This document shows, piece after piece, positions 32,087 to 41,889 of a stretch of DNA of 64,000 bases. Source of the DNA: Myxococcales bacterium (lineage in GTDB: Bacteria > Desulfobacterota > Binatia > HRBIN30); assembly GCA_037445065.1 (NCBI GenBank), contig JBBILD010000002.1:1-64000 (forward strand). The letters are read 5' to 3'. The notes under the pieces are model-generated. The model searched no databases. It was not told where the DNA came from and was given only the letters and a program-made list of their open reading frames with translations. Numbering within the stretch: position 1 is the stretch's first letter; each line of letters begins with the position of its first letter. Made by a program: the position numbers and the translations under genes.

Positions 32087-33231
32087 GTCGCTGGCCTGAT
32101 CTCACGGCCTCGGTCTGGCTCCCAGATGCCCACCCCATCGGGGAAGCTCAAGCCACGATCAAGAGTTTCAGGTGGTTGCGGTTGATCCCCCACGAACCTC
32201 ACTTGCCGGACGGTGCCAAGACCGGCCCCGGGACCGAAGTTCAATCCGCTCTGCCATAATCCGAGGTCCGCATAGTAAAGCGTGCCCAAACTGTCGAGAG
32301 CAAGACCTAGCGGCGTTCCAGTCGAAGGGAATGGCAAGCTCTCTCCGCGCACCGGCTCGACGATCCGGCGGAGAAAACTGCCGTCGCTTCGATACTCGGC
32401 GATCACTCCGTTCAGCACGCTAGAGACATAGAAGGTTCCTCGAGGCGACCGAACCACTCCGCTTGGCGTGCGGATGAAACTGTCTGCAGGAATGAAAAGC
32501 CTCTTCGCAACAGCATCCACGAGTGGCGCTCCTGTTCGGTCGACACGACCGCAGCCATGCGCCGCGTCGTTACCGGTCGGAAACGGACCTTCGTACACGT
32601 AGATCCCGGGTGCCTCCCGTGCGCTTGCTACGAATACCCGGTCTTGCTCGTCCACGTAAATTCCCTGAGCCGTTCCGATTGCCACGTCGAGCTTGCAGTA
32701 ACGCGGATTTGGGTCCGTGAGGGGCGGGAACCATAAAATCAACTGTCCGGTAGGATCTCCGCCAGCCTCGTTGCCGATGTCGGTCGTCACAAGGCGTCCG
32801 TCCGACAGGAACCCGCAGCCATAGTTTTCTGGGTTATCTCCTGATGGCTGGTATGTGGGAACTAGCCTGCCCACTTGTTCTGCAGACAATTCGCCGACTC
32901 TGGAGCCTCGCAGACGAAAAACGCCCCAACCCGGTGGTGGGTTCGGTTGGTTTGTATCCTCACCGGCAATGAACATCCTGGAATCATCGCGAGGAAAACA
33001 TACTTGGCCGTTAACGTCGCGGCCGCGAACTGGGTCGTCCGCGTGGCTGGGTATCACCGTTTGCTTGACCCCGCCGCGCAGGGGCGCGTAAGCGTTGAGG
33101 CGGTTCGTCTCAGGGGCAAAAAGGATCACTCGGTCTGGGGCCGGTTCATCATTGTCGCTGCCGCAGCCCCACATCAGAGCGGCCAGCGTGAGGAGCGAAA
33201 TCGTCAGATGGGCTTTGCACTTACGTGCCAT
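32083..33231 (-). CDS. Lipoprotein, probable beta-propeller (NHL/SMP-30-like)
   Basis: Lipobox MWGC; repeated blade-like motifs (PLGLALDSLGTLYYAD, PSGVVRSPRGTFYVS, AQGIYVD). Confidence 0.7.
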   Translation of the reverse strand: MARKCKAHLTISLLTLAALMWGCGSDNDEPAPDRVILFAPETNRLNAYAPLRGGVKQTVIPSHADDPVRGRDVNGQVCFPRDDSRMFIAGEDTNQPNPPPGWGVFRLRGSRVGELSAEQVGRLVPTYQPSGDNPENYGCGFLSDGRLVTTDIGNEAGGDPTGQLILWFPPLTDPNPRYCKLDVAIGTAQGIYVDEQDRVFVASAREAPGIYVYEGPFPTGNDAAHGCGRVDRTGAPLVDAVAKRLFIPADSFIRTPSGVVRSPRGTFYVSSVLNGVIAEYRSDGSFLRRIVEPVRGESLPFPSTGTPLGLALDSLGTLYYADLGLWQSGLNFGPGAGLGTVRQVRFVGDQPQPPETLDRGLSFPDGVGIWEPDRGREIRPAT

Positions 33232-33267
33232 GGGTCCGTCCGCCAAACCATACACTCGGGGCGACTG

Positions 33268-34557
33268 TCAAGCGACCGATTGATCAGAACGAGTGCCTGA
33301 AACGTTGAGCCCGCGGGACTGTCCTCCCACGGCGCTCCTTCCTTCCTGAGACTCGGCCGGTTTTGCGGGCACCGTGGGGGCGAAGACTTCCTCGTCCTCT
33401 GGAATCATCTCGCCCCCCCCGATCAAGCGAAAGCGTCGCCCGCTCCAAATGACCCGATTGCTGCAAAACGCCGCGGCCCAAACGCCGGCAGTCAGAAGGT
33501 CTTTCACAGGAATCAGCAACAGGTCACGAGCGGCCATCCGCACACCGAGGTAACGCGTCGCAACTCGGTGTGCGCTGTATAAGCGAAGCCCAGTCAAGGC
33601 GAAAGCGATGGCCCAAGCGCCAGCCTGAGTAGGGTGGAGGAGAACGTTGAGAACGGCCCACGCGACGCCGTACGTCAACGACAACGCCAGGTAGCTGTAG
33701 GGCCGAACACTCCGATAGGTCCTCGCCCACCGAAGCTGGTGTTCCCAAAGGCGTTGCCAGCTCGGGATCGCCATTACCGTCTCCACAATCATTGCAGAGA
33801 CGAGCACGCGATATCCGCGCTGGGCCACTTTCTGACCGAGAAAAAAGTCATCGGCCAAGAACGGCGCCAGCGAAAGAAATCCACCGATCTCTTCTAAAAC
33901 CGAGCGGCGAAGCGCCATTGTCGCTCCGAAGGCGTAGCGAGTCACTTCGACCATCTGGGCCACGAACACGCTGGGAGAAAAGTCCGTGTTCACGAAGAGA
34001 GCTTCCAGACGCGCAGGCAGTCCGCCCACTGGGACGGCACGGTAAAGACAAGTCACAACCCCGACGGCCGGCCTCGAAAGAGGTCCAATAAGACGGCGCA
34101 GATAATCCGGCGGCACGCGTATGTCGCTATCGGCCACCACGATGTAATCGTACTTTGCGCGCTCGTATGCGTGGAGCAGGTTACTCACCTTCCGATTCGC
34201 CCCATGAACCCGGTCATCAATCACGAGCTCGATGTCTAGGTGGCGGTATCGCTGACGCAGGCGCTGCACGACTCGAATCGCCGCGTCCGCTGGGTCTGCA
34301 ACCGCAAACACCAACTGAAAACGCGGGTAATCCTGTCGGCAAAAACTGGCCAAGTTTTCGTAGAGGTCTACGTCCAAGCCCTTGAGAGGCTTGAGAACGC
34401 TGATTCCAGGCAGGTCCTCGTCGTACGCTCCTTCGTCCGGGTCCTGCTGTCGGGTAAAAAATCTTCGCGCCGCAAAGTACACGGCGACGAAGTAAGAAGT
34501 AGAAACGAGCAGGCCTAAAGCCACCAACACTTCGAGCGCAGAAAACACTGTTGCCAT
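33268..34557 (-). CDS. hpnI: HpnI-like / ceramide glucosyltransferase-family glycosyltransferase
   Basis: SVLKPLKG, QDYP, GANRKVSNL, DSDIRV, LADDFFLG, QLRWART. Confidence 0.85.
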   Translation of the reverse strand: MATVFSALEVLVALGLLVSTSYFVAVYFAARRFFTRQQDPDEGAYDEDLPGISVLKPLKGLDVDLYENLASFCRQDYPRFQLVFAVADPADAAIRVVQRLRQRYRHLDIELVIDDRVHGANRKVSNLLHAYERAKYDYIVVADSDIRVPPDYLRRLIGPLSRPAVGVVTCLYRAVPVGGLPARLEALFVNTDFSPSVFVAQMVEVTRYAFGATMALRRSVLEEIGGFLSLAPFLADDFFLGQKVAQRGYRVLVSAMIVETVMAIPSWQRLWEHQLRWARTYRSVRPYSYLALSLTYGVAWAVLNVLLHPTQAGAWAIAFALTGLRLYSAHRVATRYLGVRMAARDLLLIPVKDLLTAGVWAAAFCSNRVIWSGRRFRLIGGGEMIPEDEEVFAPTVPAKPAESQEGRSAVGGQSRGLNVSGTRSDQSVA

Positions 34558-34752
34558 ACACCTCTGTTCTTTGACCGACCGGTTAGCACACGGCGCAAAA
34601 GTCTTCCCCCTTTAGGAAACTTGTTTGCGAACGTATCTCTACCCTGGTAGCTATGACGCGTCAATTGATCCTCGGCAGAAGGCCGAACGCGTGGCACTGC
34701 TCCTCCGGGCTGAATTGCATAGAGCCGCAGAGTTGAGGCAGGAAACTAGGAA

Positions 34753-35895
34753 ATGACCCGGAGGGGGAGGTCTGAAAGTCACCGCAAGGGAAACAGCACG
34801 GGTATTCCCACTAGGCTCGGCCGCGATGGTCTGCTCGTTACTGTTGCGGGTGCTCTAGTCGCCTTATCCTTGGTCGCGATGTCGGCTTGGGATTTCCATG
34901 CGGAGCGCACCCCAGTTGGGGGGGAGGCGCTCATCCGACTTCGACCGGGAGAACCGTTCTCAGTGGTGGCCCGTCAGCTCGTCGATGCGGGCGTCGCGAG
35001 GTCCGCGTTGAATCTGAATCTTTGGGCTTACCTGAGCGGGGTGGATCGGCAAGTACGACCTGGCGAGTACTTACTGCGTTCGCCGGTTTCCCCTCGTGCC
35101 GCACTCGAACAACTGCGCAGCGGAGCGGCTGGATATCGCGTGCTGACCATTCCGGAGGGAAGTACGTTGGAAGATATCGCTGCGCTGTACGAGGCTGCGG
35201 GCTTTGGGTCGGCTAAAGCGTTCCTCCAAGCGAGCGGAGAACCAGCATTGCTGGAAGAACTTGGCATGCCGAGCACGGGGCTTGAGGGGTATCTGTACCC
35301 AGACACGTACCATTTTGTTTGGGCGGACCCTCCGGAACGGATGATTCGCACGATGGTACGCCGTTTCCGTCTCCAAACGGCTTCGCTGCAGGCTGACCGC
35401 GAACGACTCGGTTTGTCCGAACACCAGCTTGTTACCTTAGCATCCATCATCGAGAAAGAGGCGAAACGCAGTGAGGAGCGTCCCCTAATCTCGGCAGTGT
35501 TCCACAACCGGCTTCGCAAAGGAATGCGTTTGCAAGCCGACCCCACTGCTGTGTATGGGCTGGGACGAGGGATCCAGCCAGAGCCGGAACATCTTCGCTT
35601 GAAGACCCCTTACAATACATACCTCAATGAGGGTCTTCCTCCCGGACCCATTTGCAATCCTGGATTGCCAGCGCTCGAAGCAGCGGCCCGCCCGGCCCCC
35701 GTGGACTACCTGTTTTTTGTGGCACGGGGTGACGGATCCCACGTGTTCTCCCACACGCTCCAGGAGCACACGAAGCACGTCCGGGAGTTGAGTCAGGCGG
35801 AGGCACCCGCAGCGGTTCAAGAACGGACGAAGAAGCCAGTGCCGCGGGCAGCGCGGGAAAAAGGAAAACGCTTCCGGCGAGGGAAGAAACGTTGA
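34753..35895 (+). CDS. mltG: Endolytic transglycosylase MltG
   Basis: TIPEG, LEGYLYPDTY, LASIIEKE, LQADPT, YNTY, GLPPGPI. Confidence 0.95.
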   Translation: MTRRGRSESHRKGNSTGIPTRLGRDGLLVTVAGALVALSLVAMSAWDFHAERTPVGGEALIRLRPGEPFSVVARQLVDAGVARSALNLNLWAYLSGVDRQVRPGEYLLRSPVSPRAALEQLRSGAAGYRVLTIPEGSTLEDIAALYEAAGFGSAKAFLQASGEPALLEELGMPSTGLEGYLYPDTYHFVWADPPERMIRTMVRRFRLQTASLQADRERLGLSEHQLVTLASIIEKEAKRSEERPLISAVFHNRLRKGMRLQADPTAVYGLGRGIQPEPEHLRLKTPYNTYLNEGLPPGPICNPGLPALEAAARPAPVDYLFFVARGDGSHVFSHTLQEHTKHVRELSQAEAPAAVQERTKKPVPRAAREKGKRFRRGKKR

Positions 35896-36815
35896 TGGCG
35901 GATGGCGACCTTGAAACAAAAGAGACGGGCCCTCCGAGCCGCTTTACCGCAGTGGATCGGATCAGTGTGGGCTTTCTTGGTGCTCTTTTTGTCGCCAGCA
36001 CTGCTTGTGAGAACGTCGGCATAAGCTTCGCGGTTCTCTCGATCGTAGGGATCATTTGGGCGTTGGCCCGCTTGCGTGCCGGAGGCCCCCGCTGGCTGCA
36101 GCTGGCTCACGATTTTCTTCCAGTGGCGGTGATTCCTGTTGTGTTCAATTTGCTGGCCCCCGTGATTCCTTGCGTCAACCCTGTTCTTTGGGATCCGTCT
36201 TTGGCCGAGCTGGATGCGCGTTTTTTTCAATGGATCTCAGAGTCATGGAAGCAGGCTCTGGGACGGCCGTGGTGGTTAGCCGATTTTGCATCCGTTGCTT
36301 ACGTCAGTTTTTACTTGTTGCCCGTACTGCTTGGGGTCGCTGCATTGCGAAAGGGACAGCATGAATTCGAGACGTTCGCCGAGCGAATTGTCCTTGGTTT
36401 TTACGTCCTCTACGTGGCTTATGCGATCTTTCCGACGATCGGGCCACGTGTGCCCGCAGAACTTGAAGATCAGATTCTCGGTGGCTCCGCAGTGAGCCAG
36501 GCGGTTCGCGTTTTCCTCCATCGGGTCGAACTGACCAAGACCGACGCGTTTCCAAGCGGCCACACAGCAATCACTCTGATCTGTTTTGCGTACGCCTGGA
36601 GGGCTGCTCCCCGCTACCGAACACTGTGGACACTGTGGGCGGGCGCGATCGTCTTCTCCACCGTTTACCTGCATTACCACTACGTGGTCGACATCCTGGC
36701 AGGAGTTGGACTCGCGTTGTTGCTCGGCCCGATGCTGAGAGTTTGTCGGAGGCTGAGCATGCACTCGCGGCCGCGATGGTTGGGGTTGCTTCGTGGTCTT
36801 CGAGAGCAAGCTTAA
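35892..36815 (+). CDS. PAP2-superfamily membrane phosphatase/phosphotransferase (Aur1/Ipt1-like)
   Basis: FPTIGPR, DAFPSGH, STVYLHYHYVVD; multi-pass. Confidence 0.85.
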   Translation: MMADGDLETKETGPPSRFTAVDRISVGFLGALFVASTACENVGISFAVLSIVGIIWALARLRAGGPRWLQLAHDFLPVAVIPVVFNLLAPVIPCVNPVLWDPSLAELDARFFQWISESWKQALGRPWWLADFASVAYVSFYLLPVLLGVAALRKGQHEFETFAERIVLGFYVLYVAYAIFPTIGPRVPAELEDQILGGSAVSQAVRVFLHRVELTKTDAFPSGHTAITLICFAYAWRAAPRYRTLWTLWAGAIVFSTVYLHYHYVVDILAGVGLALLLGPMLRVCRRLSMHSRPRWLGLLRGLREQA

Positions 36816-36987
36816 GCCTGCCCGGCTTGCTCGACCCTGTCCCGTCCGGGCCCAGCGATGGTTTTGCCACCAAGGGCAGCATCGTTCACTTGGGTTTTTC
36901 TACTGCTCACGACCGTGGGTTCGCGAAAGCGTCGCCGGCGGTTGCCTTGCCGCACGATGGCTTCATGGGTAGCTGTCAGCCCCTTCG

Positions 36988-38190
36988 ATGGAAAACGGGT
37001 TTCCTCGCGACTTTTGGTTTTATCTACTGAGCCGCTTTGCGGCAGCGACTGCACTCACATTGTTGCGGGCCACTGTAGGCTGGCATGTGTTCGAACTCAC
37101 TCGATCGCCGTTCTACCTGGGCGTCGTCGGCCTCGCGCAGTTTGTCCCGGCGTTTTCGTTGCTTTTGGCGGGTGGCATTGTGGCCGACCGCTATGAGCGG
37201 CGCCGGGTCGTCATTTGCGCCCAGATGGTGCCGTTTGTGGGAGCGCTGCTGATTGCTCTTGCCACGAGCGCGGAGCGGGTGACTGTTGCGCACCTCTTGG
37301 CATTTGTCGCGTGTGTGGCAGGGGCCGCGGCCTTCGACAATCCAGCGCGAGCCTCTTTGTTGCCGAATCTCGTGGCCCCCGCCATTTTTCCGAAGGCAGT
37401 CACCATTGCGACAACGATCCAGGCCTTGGCGTTCGCGAGCGGCCCAATGCTGAGCGGTTTCGCGATTGCGCGGTTTGGGATCGCACCGGCATACGGGCTG
37501 GTCAGTGCATTGCTGGCGGTCGCGGTCGTCGCACTTTCCCGCGTACGCCCCAGTAGACCAAGGGGGCTCTCCCAAACGCTGAGCTGGAGCACTGTGCGGG
37601 AAGGCTTGGAGTTTGTGTTCCGGCGCCCCGTGATCTGGGGTTGTATGGTACTCGACATGTTGGCCGTTATTTTCGGTGGAGCAGTCGCTCTGCTTCCTGT
37701 GTACGCCAACGAGATTCTCGCCGTTGGCGCACACGGGTACGGGGTTCTCTCTGCTTCTTTGGAGATAGGGGCCCTGGTTACGTCGCTATTCCTAGTGAGC
37801 CGCCCCCCAATTCAGAGAGCTGGTTCTGCGCTGCTCTGGGCAGTCGCGACCTTCGGCTTTGCTACGATCGTGTTTGGTCTGTCGCGTTGGTTTCCGCTGT
37901 CGGTAGCGGCGTACATGGTGGCAGGAATGGCAGATCAAGTGAGTGTTGTTCTCCGCAGTACCATTATTCAGTTGAACACGCCGGATGCGCTTCGCGGGCG
38001 CGTGAGCGCAGTAAATTTTATGTTCATCAATGCTTCGAACCAGCTTGGGGCCGCCGAATCCGGGTTCGTCGCCGCGCTGACGTCGCCAACGTTCTCTGTG
38101 GTCAGCGGCGGAGTTGTCTGCCTTCTCGTGGTGCTGCTCGTTGCGCGGAAAGTTCCGAACCTGCGTGGGTACCGGATTGGAAGTGGTTGA
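36988..38190 (+). CDS. MFS transporter (MFS_3/DHA3-like)
   Basis: GGIVADRYERRR motif A, DALRGRV; about 12 hydrophobic segments. Confidence 0.92.
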   Translation: MENGFPRDFWFYLLSRFAAATALTLLRATVGWHVFELTRSPFYLGVVGLAQFVPAFSLLLAGGIVADRYERRRVVICAQMVPFVGALLIALATSAERVTVAHLLAFVACVAGAAAFDNPARASLLPNLVAPAIFPKAVTIATTIQALAFASGPMLSGFAIARFGIAPAYGLVSALLAVAVVALSRVRPSRPRGLSQTLSWSTVREGLEFVFRRPVIWGCMVLDMLAVIFGGAVALLPVYANEILAVGAHGYGVLSASLEIGALVTSLFLVSRPPIQRAGSALLWAVATFGFATIVFGLSRWFPLSVAAYMVAGMADQVSVVLRSTIIQLNTPDALRGRVSAVNFMFINASNQLGAAESGFVAALTSPTFSVVSGGVVCLLVVLLVARKVPNLRGYRIGSG

Positions 38191-38333
38191 CCGCGGTCCA
38201 CGTGTGGCCCGATACGTGCCCCGCGCGTGGAGCAACCCGCAGGGCGACTGCTAGATTCCTGCCACGATGACATCTTGGGCAACCTGCTCCTCGCACCAAA
38301 GCCGGTGCGCTTCGCGGCCCAGGAGGGACGTGC

Positions 38334-38984
38334 ATGCCACGTAGCCTGTTTCCGGACCCGCGTTCCTTGGGGTCGGACGCGCTGGTTGCCATCGGTGGAA
38401 AGATGGATCCAGCGACCTTACTGGAGGCCTATCGCTGCGGGATTTTCCCCTGGCCTGACCCAAACTTGCCGTTGATGTGGTTTTGCCCTCCCGTGCGCGC
38501 GATTTTGGAATTTGCTTCGCTGCACATACCGCGAAGCCTGCGTTCTGCGCGCCGCCGCACCACTTTGCGTTTCACGTTGGATACCGCTTTTCGCGAAGTG
38601 ATCCGAGCGTGCGCAGAAACTCCCCGGCCAGGGCAGTCCGGCACATGGATCACGCCCAAGGTCATCGACGCTTACACGCGTCTACACGAGCTTGGCATCG
38701 CGCACAGTGCTGAAGCGTGGCGTGGTGAAACCCTCGTGGGAGGAGTTTACGGCGTGGATGTGGACGGAAGTTTTTCCGCGGAAAGCATGTTTTATCGAGA
38801 GTCCAACGCATCCAAGCTGGCGTTGTTGTTCGTAATCGAGCACTTGCAGAGTCGCGGGTTGGACTGGATGGACATTCAAATGATGACCGCCCACATGGCC
38901 CGTCTGGGTGCGCGAAACGTAAGCAGGGAGGAGTTTTTGAGCAAGCTCGAGGCGACGCGCGCGCGAGGTCTGCGCCTCTTCTAA
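38334..38984 (+). CDS. aat: Leucyl/phenylalanyl-tRNA-protein transferase
   Basis: AYRCGIFPW, GTWIT, AHSAEAW, LVGGVYG, ESMF, NASK. Confidence 0.95.
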   Translation: MPRSLFPDPRSLGSDALVAIGGKMDPATLLEAYRCGIFPWPDPNLPLMWFCPPVRAILEFASLHIPRSLRSARRRTTLRFTLDTAFREVIRACAETPRPGQSGTWITPKVIDAYTRLHELGIAHSAEAWRGETLVGGVYGVDVDGSFSAESMFYRESNASKLALLFVIEHLQSRGLDWMDIQMMTAHMARLGARNVSREEFLSKLEATRARGLRLF

Positions 38985-40117
38985 GACAGCGGCAGCGCGG
39001 CGCGAAGTTCACGCGCCAGAATTTCTGCTGTACCCCGGGTACCCCCACCGAGCTTCTGCTTCCACTCGCCGTCCGTTTCGAACCGGGAATCCCCGAGATA
39101 CTGCTGCCAGGGGATAAGGAGTTCTTGGAGGGTAGAACGCTCGAACGGATCTCTTCCCGACCTCCGCGCGCAGGCAAGAACATCGGGAACCACCCGGATG
39201 AACGCGCGCAGCGCGGCAGCCGTTTTGATGCTGTATCGCTTGCCGTGCCACGCCTTCTCGAACAAGTGAGAGATCGTTCGAAAATAGTTCAGAAAAAAAC
39301 GATCGGAGCGCTGGCGAAACTCTTCTGCAGGTCGCCCCCCGAATGCCTCGATCGCGGTGAGAACACCACGCAGCTCTTCGGCCAGGGGTGCCTGTGCCAC
39401 CTTGCCTCTGCCCACTCCGAACAGTTTGATTTCCCCGCGGAGCGGTGACTCGGGATCCTCGCTGAGCGAACGAACAATGTCGTGGCTGGCTGCTAAGGCT
39501 GGATCACGGTACAGTCGGCGCCCCGACAACGAGATCAGATGCGATGGATTGAGTCGGGTGTGTTTTGCGTTGATCGTGACGAACAGTTCGACGACCTGGT
39601 CTGGGGTCAAACCGTCGAAAACGATCGCAGGCACCTGAACGTCAGGCGGTTCTTGCTGCTCCGCTAGCTGATGCAAAGCGAGCAGCCGGTGCTGCCCGTC
39701 GAGGGCGCGCAGCGATCCTTCTTCCGCCCGGAACTGCAGGATTCCAAGGACGCGGTGCGAACTGATCGGGACAAAGTCGAGGCGTTGGTCGCTAGTTAGC
39801 AGGACGGCCCCTGGGATCGCCGGCAGGTTTTGCGCCTCCGCACATTGGAGATAGTAATCCATCAGCTCGGCGATTTTACGCCGGATGACGGGTCGCTGGT
39901 AAGCAGTCGCGCTGTGCGCCAGCTTTTGCTCCAGGACTTCCCAGTTCACTCTGCCAGCGCGGCCCGCCTGCAGGGGCCTTCTACCGTGTGTTCGTCCCTC
40001 GTGTCCGTAACTCAGAACCTCGAAGCGCACCAATCGCTGAATATCACGCACGTGGAACGTGCACTGATAAAACACGACGCCGAACTGGTGCAGACGAATC
40101 GCTGGGACAGAGATCAT
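38981..40117 (-). CDS. DGQHR-domain protein (DndB-related)
   Basis: YQR, IPGAVLL, LDGQHRL and FVTIN motifs in the order typical of the DGQHR family. Confidence 0.88.
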   Translation of the reverse strand: MISVPAIRLHQFGVVFYQCTFHVRDIQRLVRFEVLSYGHEGRTHGRRPLQAGRAGRVNWEVLEQKLAHSATAYQRPVIRRKIAELMDYYLQCAEAQNLPAIPGAVLLTSDQRLDFVPISSHRVLGILQFRAEEGSLRALDGQHRLLALHQLAEQQEPPDVQVPAIVFDGLTPDQVVELFVTINAKHTRLNPSHLISLSGRRLYRDPALAASHDIVRSLSEDPESPLRGEIKLFGVGRGKVAQAPLAEELRGVLTAIEAFGGRPAEEFRQRSDRFFLNYFRTISHLFEKAWHGKRYSIKTAAALRAFIRVVPDVLACARRSGRDPFERSTLQELLIPWQQYLGDSRFETDGEWKQKLGGGTRGTAEILARELRAALPLS

Positions 40118-40255
40118 GTTCTCATGTTTCGCGAACCGGAAACGAATTCTACTGGAACCATGGGAGATGGGGAAGTCGGCTTTGCTTGCTTCTCAGGGGG
40201 ATCGCCAAGCGGGCGTTTGGCGGCAAGGCAGGACCACAGTTATCCGCCGCCAGCG

Positions 40256-40579
40256 CTATCTTCTGGACGGAAATACCAACTCGCCCTTCTCGTTGAGCAT
40301 GCCGGCAAAAGCGCCGTGACGCTTGAGCCACCGTTCGTAGTAACCGAGAGTTCGCAACGAGAACGGTTCTCCATCCTCGAAAGCCCACATCCCGGGACGA
40401 CCACGTGCGAACCCCACCCACCATTGGTTGTCTTCGAGGCGGAAAGCCATCGCGGCGTACTCCGGAGGGGTGACCGCTAATCGGTAGATCGGGCCTACGA
40501 CTACCGGATCTTCTCCGCGATCCCAACGCTTGGCGACTTGCCACTTGCGCAAGAACTTCTCTGATTTGGCGCCAACCAC
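40256..40579 (-). CDS. Hypothetical protein (107 aa)
   Basis: GAGGTG RBS, starts 14 nt after the gcdH stop, globular aromatic-rich composition. Confidence 0.65.
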   Translation of the reverse strand: MVGAKSEKFLRKWQVAKRWDRGEDPVVVGPIYRLAVTPPEYAAMAFRLEDNQWWVGFARGRPGMWAFEDGEPFSLRTLGYYERWLKRHGAFAGMLNEKGELVFPSRR

Positions 40580-40593
40580 TGGTCACCTCTGGC

Positions 40594-41763
40594 TCAGCGA
40601 ATCGCGTCGAGTCCGGTGATGTCCCTCCCGACAATCAGCGTGTGCATGTCAAAAGTGCCCTCGTACGTATTGACCGTTTCCAAATTCATCAGGTGCCGGA
40701 TTACGGGATAGTCGTTGACGATGCCGTTGGCGCCAAGCACGTCTCGCGCAAGCCGTGCTACCTCCAGAGCGTGGCCCACGTTATTGCGCTTCGCCAAGGA
40801 TACCTGTTCGGGGCGCACTTTTCCCTGATCCTTGAGCTGACCCAAACGGAACGCGATCAATTGGGCCTTCGTAATCTCGCTCAGCATGTGGACCAACTTT
40901 TGTTGCACCAACTGGAAGCCGGCAATCGGCTTTCCGAATTGGACACGCTCTTTGGCGTACTCCAGAGCCACGTGATAACAGGCCATCGCGGCTCCCACGG
41001 CACCCCAAACGATGCCGTAACGGGCCTGCGTCAGACATGAGAAGGGCCCCTTAAGCCCCTGAACCCCCGGGAGGAGATTGCCAACCGGAACGCGTACCTC
41101 GTCGAGTACGAGTTCCGACGTCACAGAGGCGCGTAAAGAGAATTTTCCTTTGATGTCTTTCGCGGAAAAGCCTCTCCGATCGGTCTCCACGAGAAAGCCA
41201 CGGATTCCTTCTTCAGCCTTCGCCCAAATGATCGCTAAATGCGCCAGTGAGCCGTTCGTGATCCAGCGCTTTGTACCGGTGAGAACGTAACCGTGGGAAC
41301 CGTCACGGTGTGCGCGCGTCTCCATACTGGCAGGATCGGAACCGTGATCTGGCTCGGTGAGCCCGAAGCAACCAATGACTTCTCCGCGCGCCATCGCGGG
41401 TAGCCATCGCTGCTTTTGCTCCTCCGAGCCAAAGGCGTAGATTGGGTACATGCAAAGGGAGCCTTGAACGGAGACCATGGAACGTAAGCCGCTGTCTGCC
41501 CGCTCGAGTTCCTGGCAAATGAGGCCGTAGGCAATGTTGTTGAGACCGGGGCAGCCGTATCCCTTCAAGTTCGCGCCAAACAATCCGAGTTCTGCCATCC
41601 GCGGAATGAGTTCACGCGGGAATGTCTCTTCGGCGTGATGCTTCTCGATGTGCGGCAGAGCTTCTTGTTCGACGAACTGGCGCACCGTGCGCTGCACCAG
41701 CCGCTCTTCGTCTGTGAACAGCTCTTCGATGGCAAAGTAATCAACACCGCAGAAAGGTTTCAT
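40594..41763 (-). CDS. gcdH: Acyl-CoA dehydrogenase, glutaryl-CoA dehydrogenase-like
   Basis: ELERADSGLRS, CFGLTEPDHGSDP, KFSLRASVT, TYEGT; start trimmed to MKPF at 41763. Confidence 0.85.
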   Translation of the reverse strand: MKPFCGVDYFAIEELFTDEERLVQRTVRQFVEQEALPHIEKHHAEETFPRELIPRMAELGLFGANLKGYGCPGLNNIAYGLICQELERADSGLRSMVSVQGSLCMYPIYAFGSEEQKQRWLPAMARGEVIGCFGLTEPDHGSDPASMETRAHRDGSHGYVLTGTKRWITNGSLAHLAIIWAKAEEGIRGFLVETDRRGFSAKDIKGKFSLRASVTSELVLDEVRVPVGNLLPGVQGLKGPFSCLTQARYGIVWGAVGAAMACYHVALEYAKERVQFGKPIAGFQLVQQKLVHMLSEITKAQLIAFRLGQLKDQGKVRPEQVSLAKRNNVGHALEVARLARDVLGANGIVNDYPVIRHLMNLETVNTYEGTFDMHTLIVGRDITGLDAIR

Positions 41764-41889
41764 ACGCGCGCTCGTCCGTTTCGCGACTCTGCATAGGGAG
41801 TCGCTGAGAAGGGCACAAGGTCCGAGGTGACTCATAAGCTGAGATTGGACTTTGTTGACTACGTCATGAGATTTGTTAACGAATCGGCC

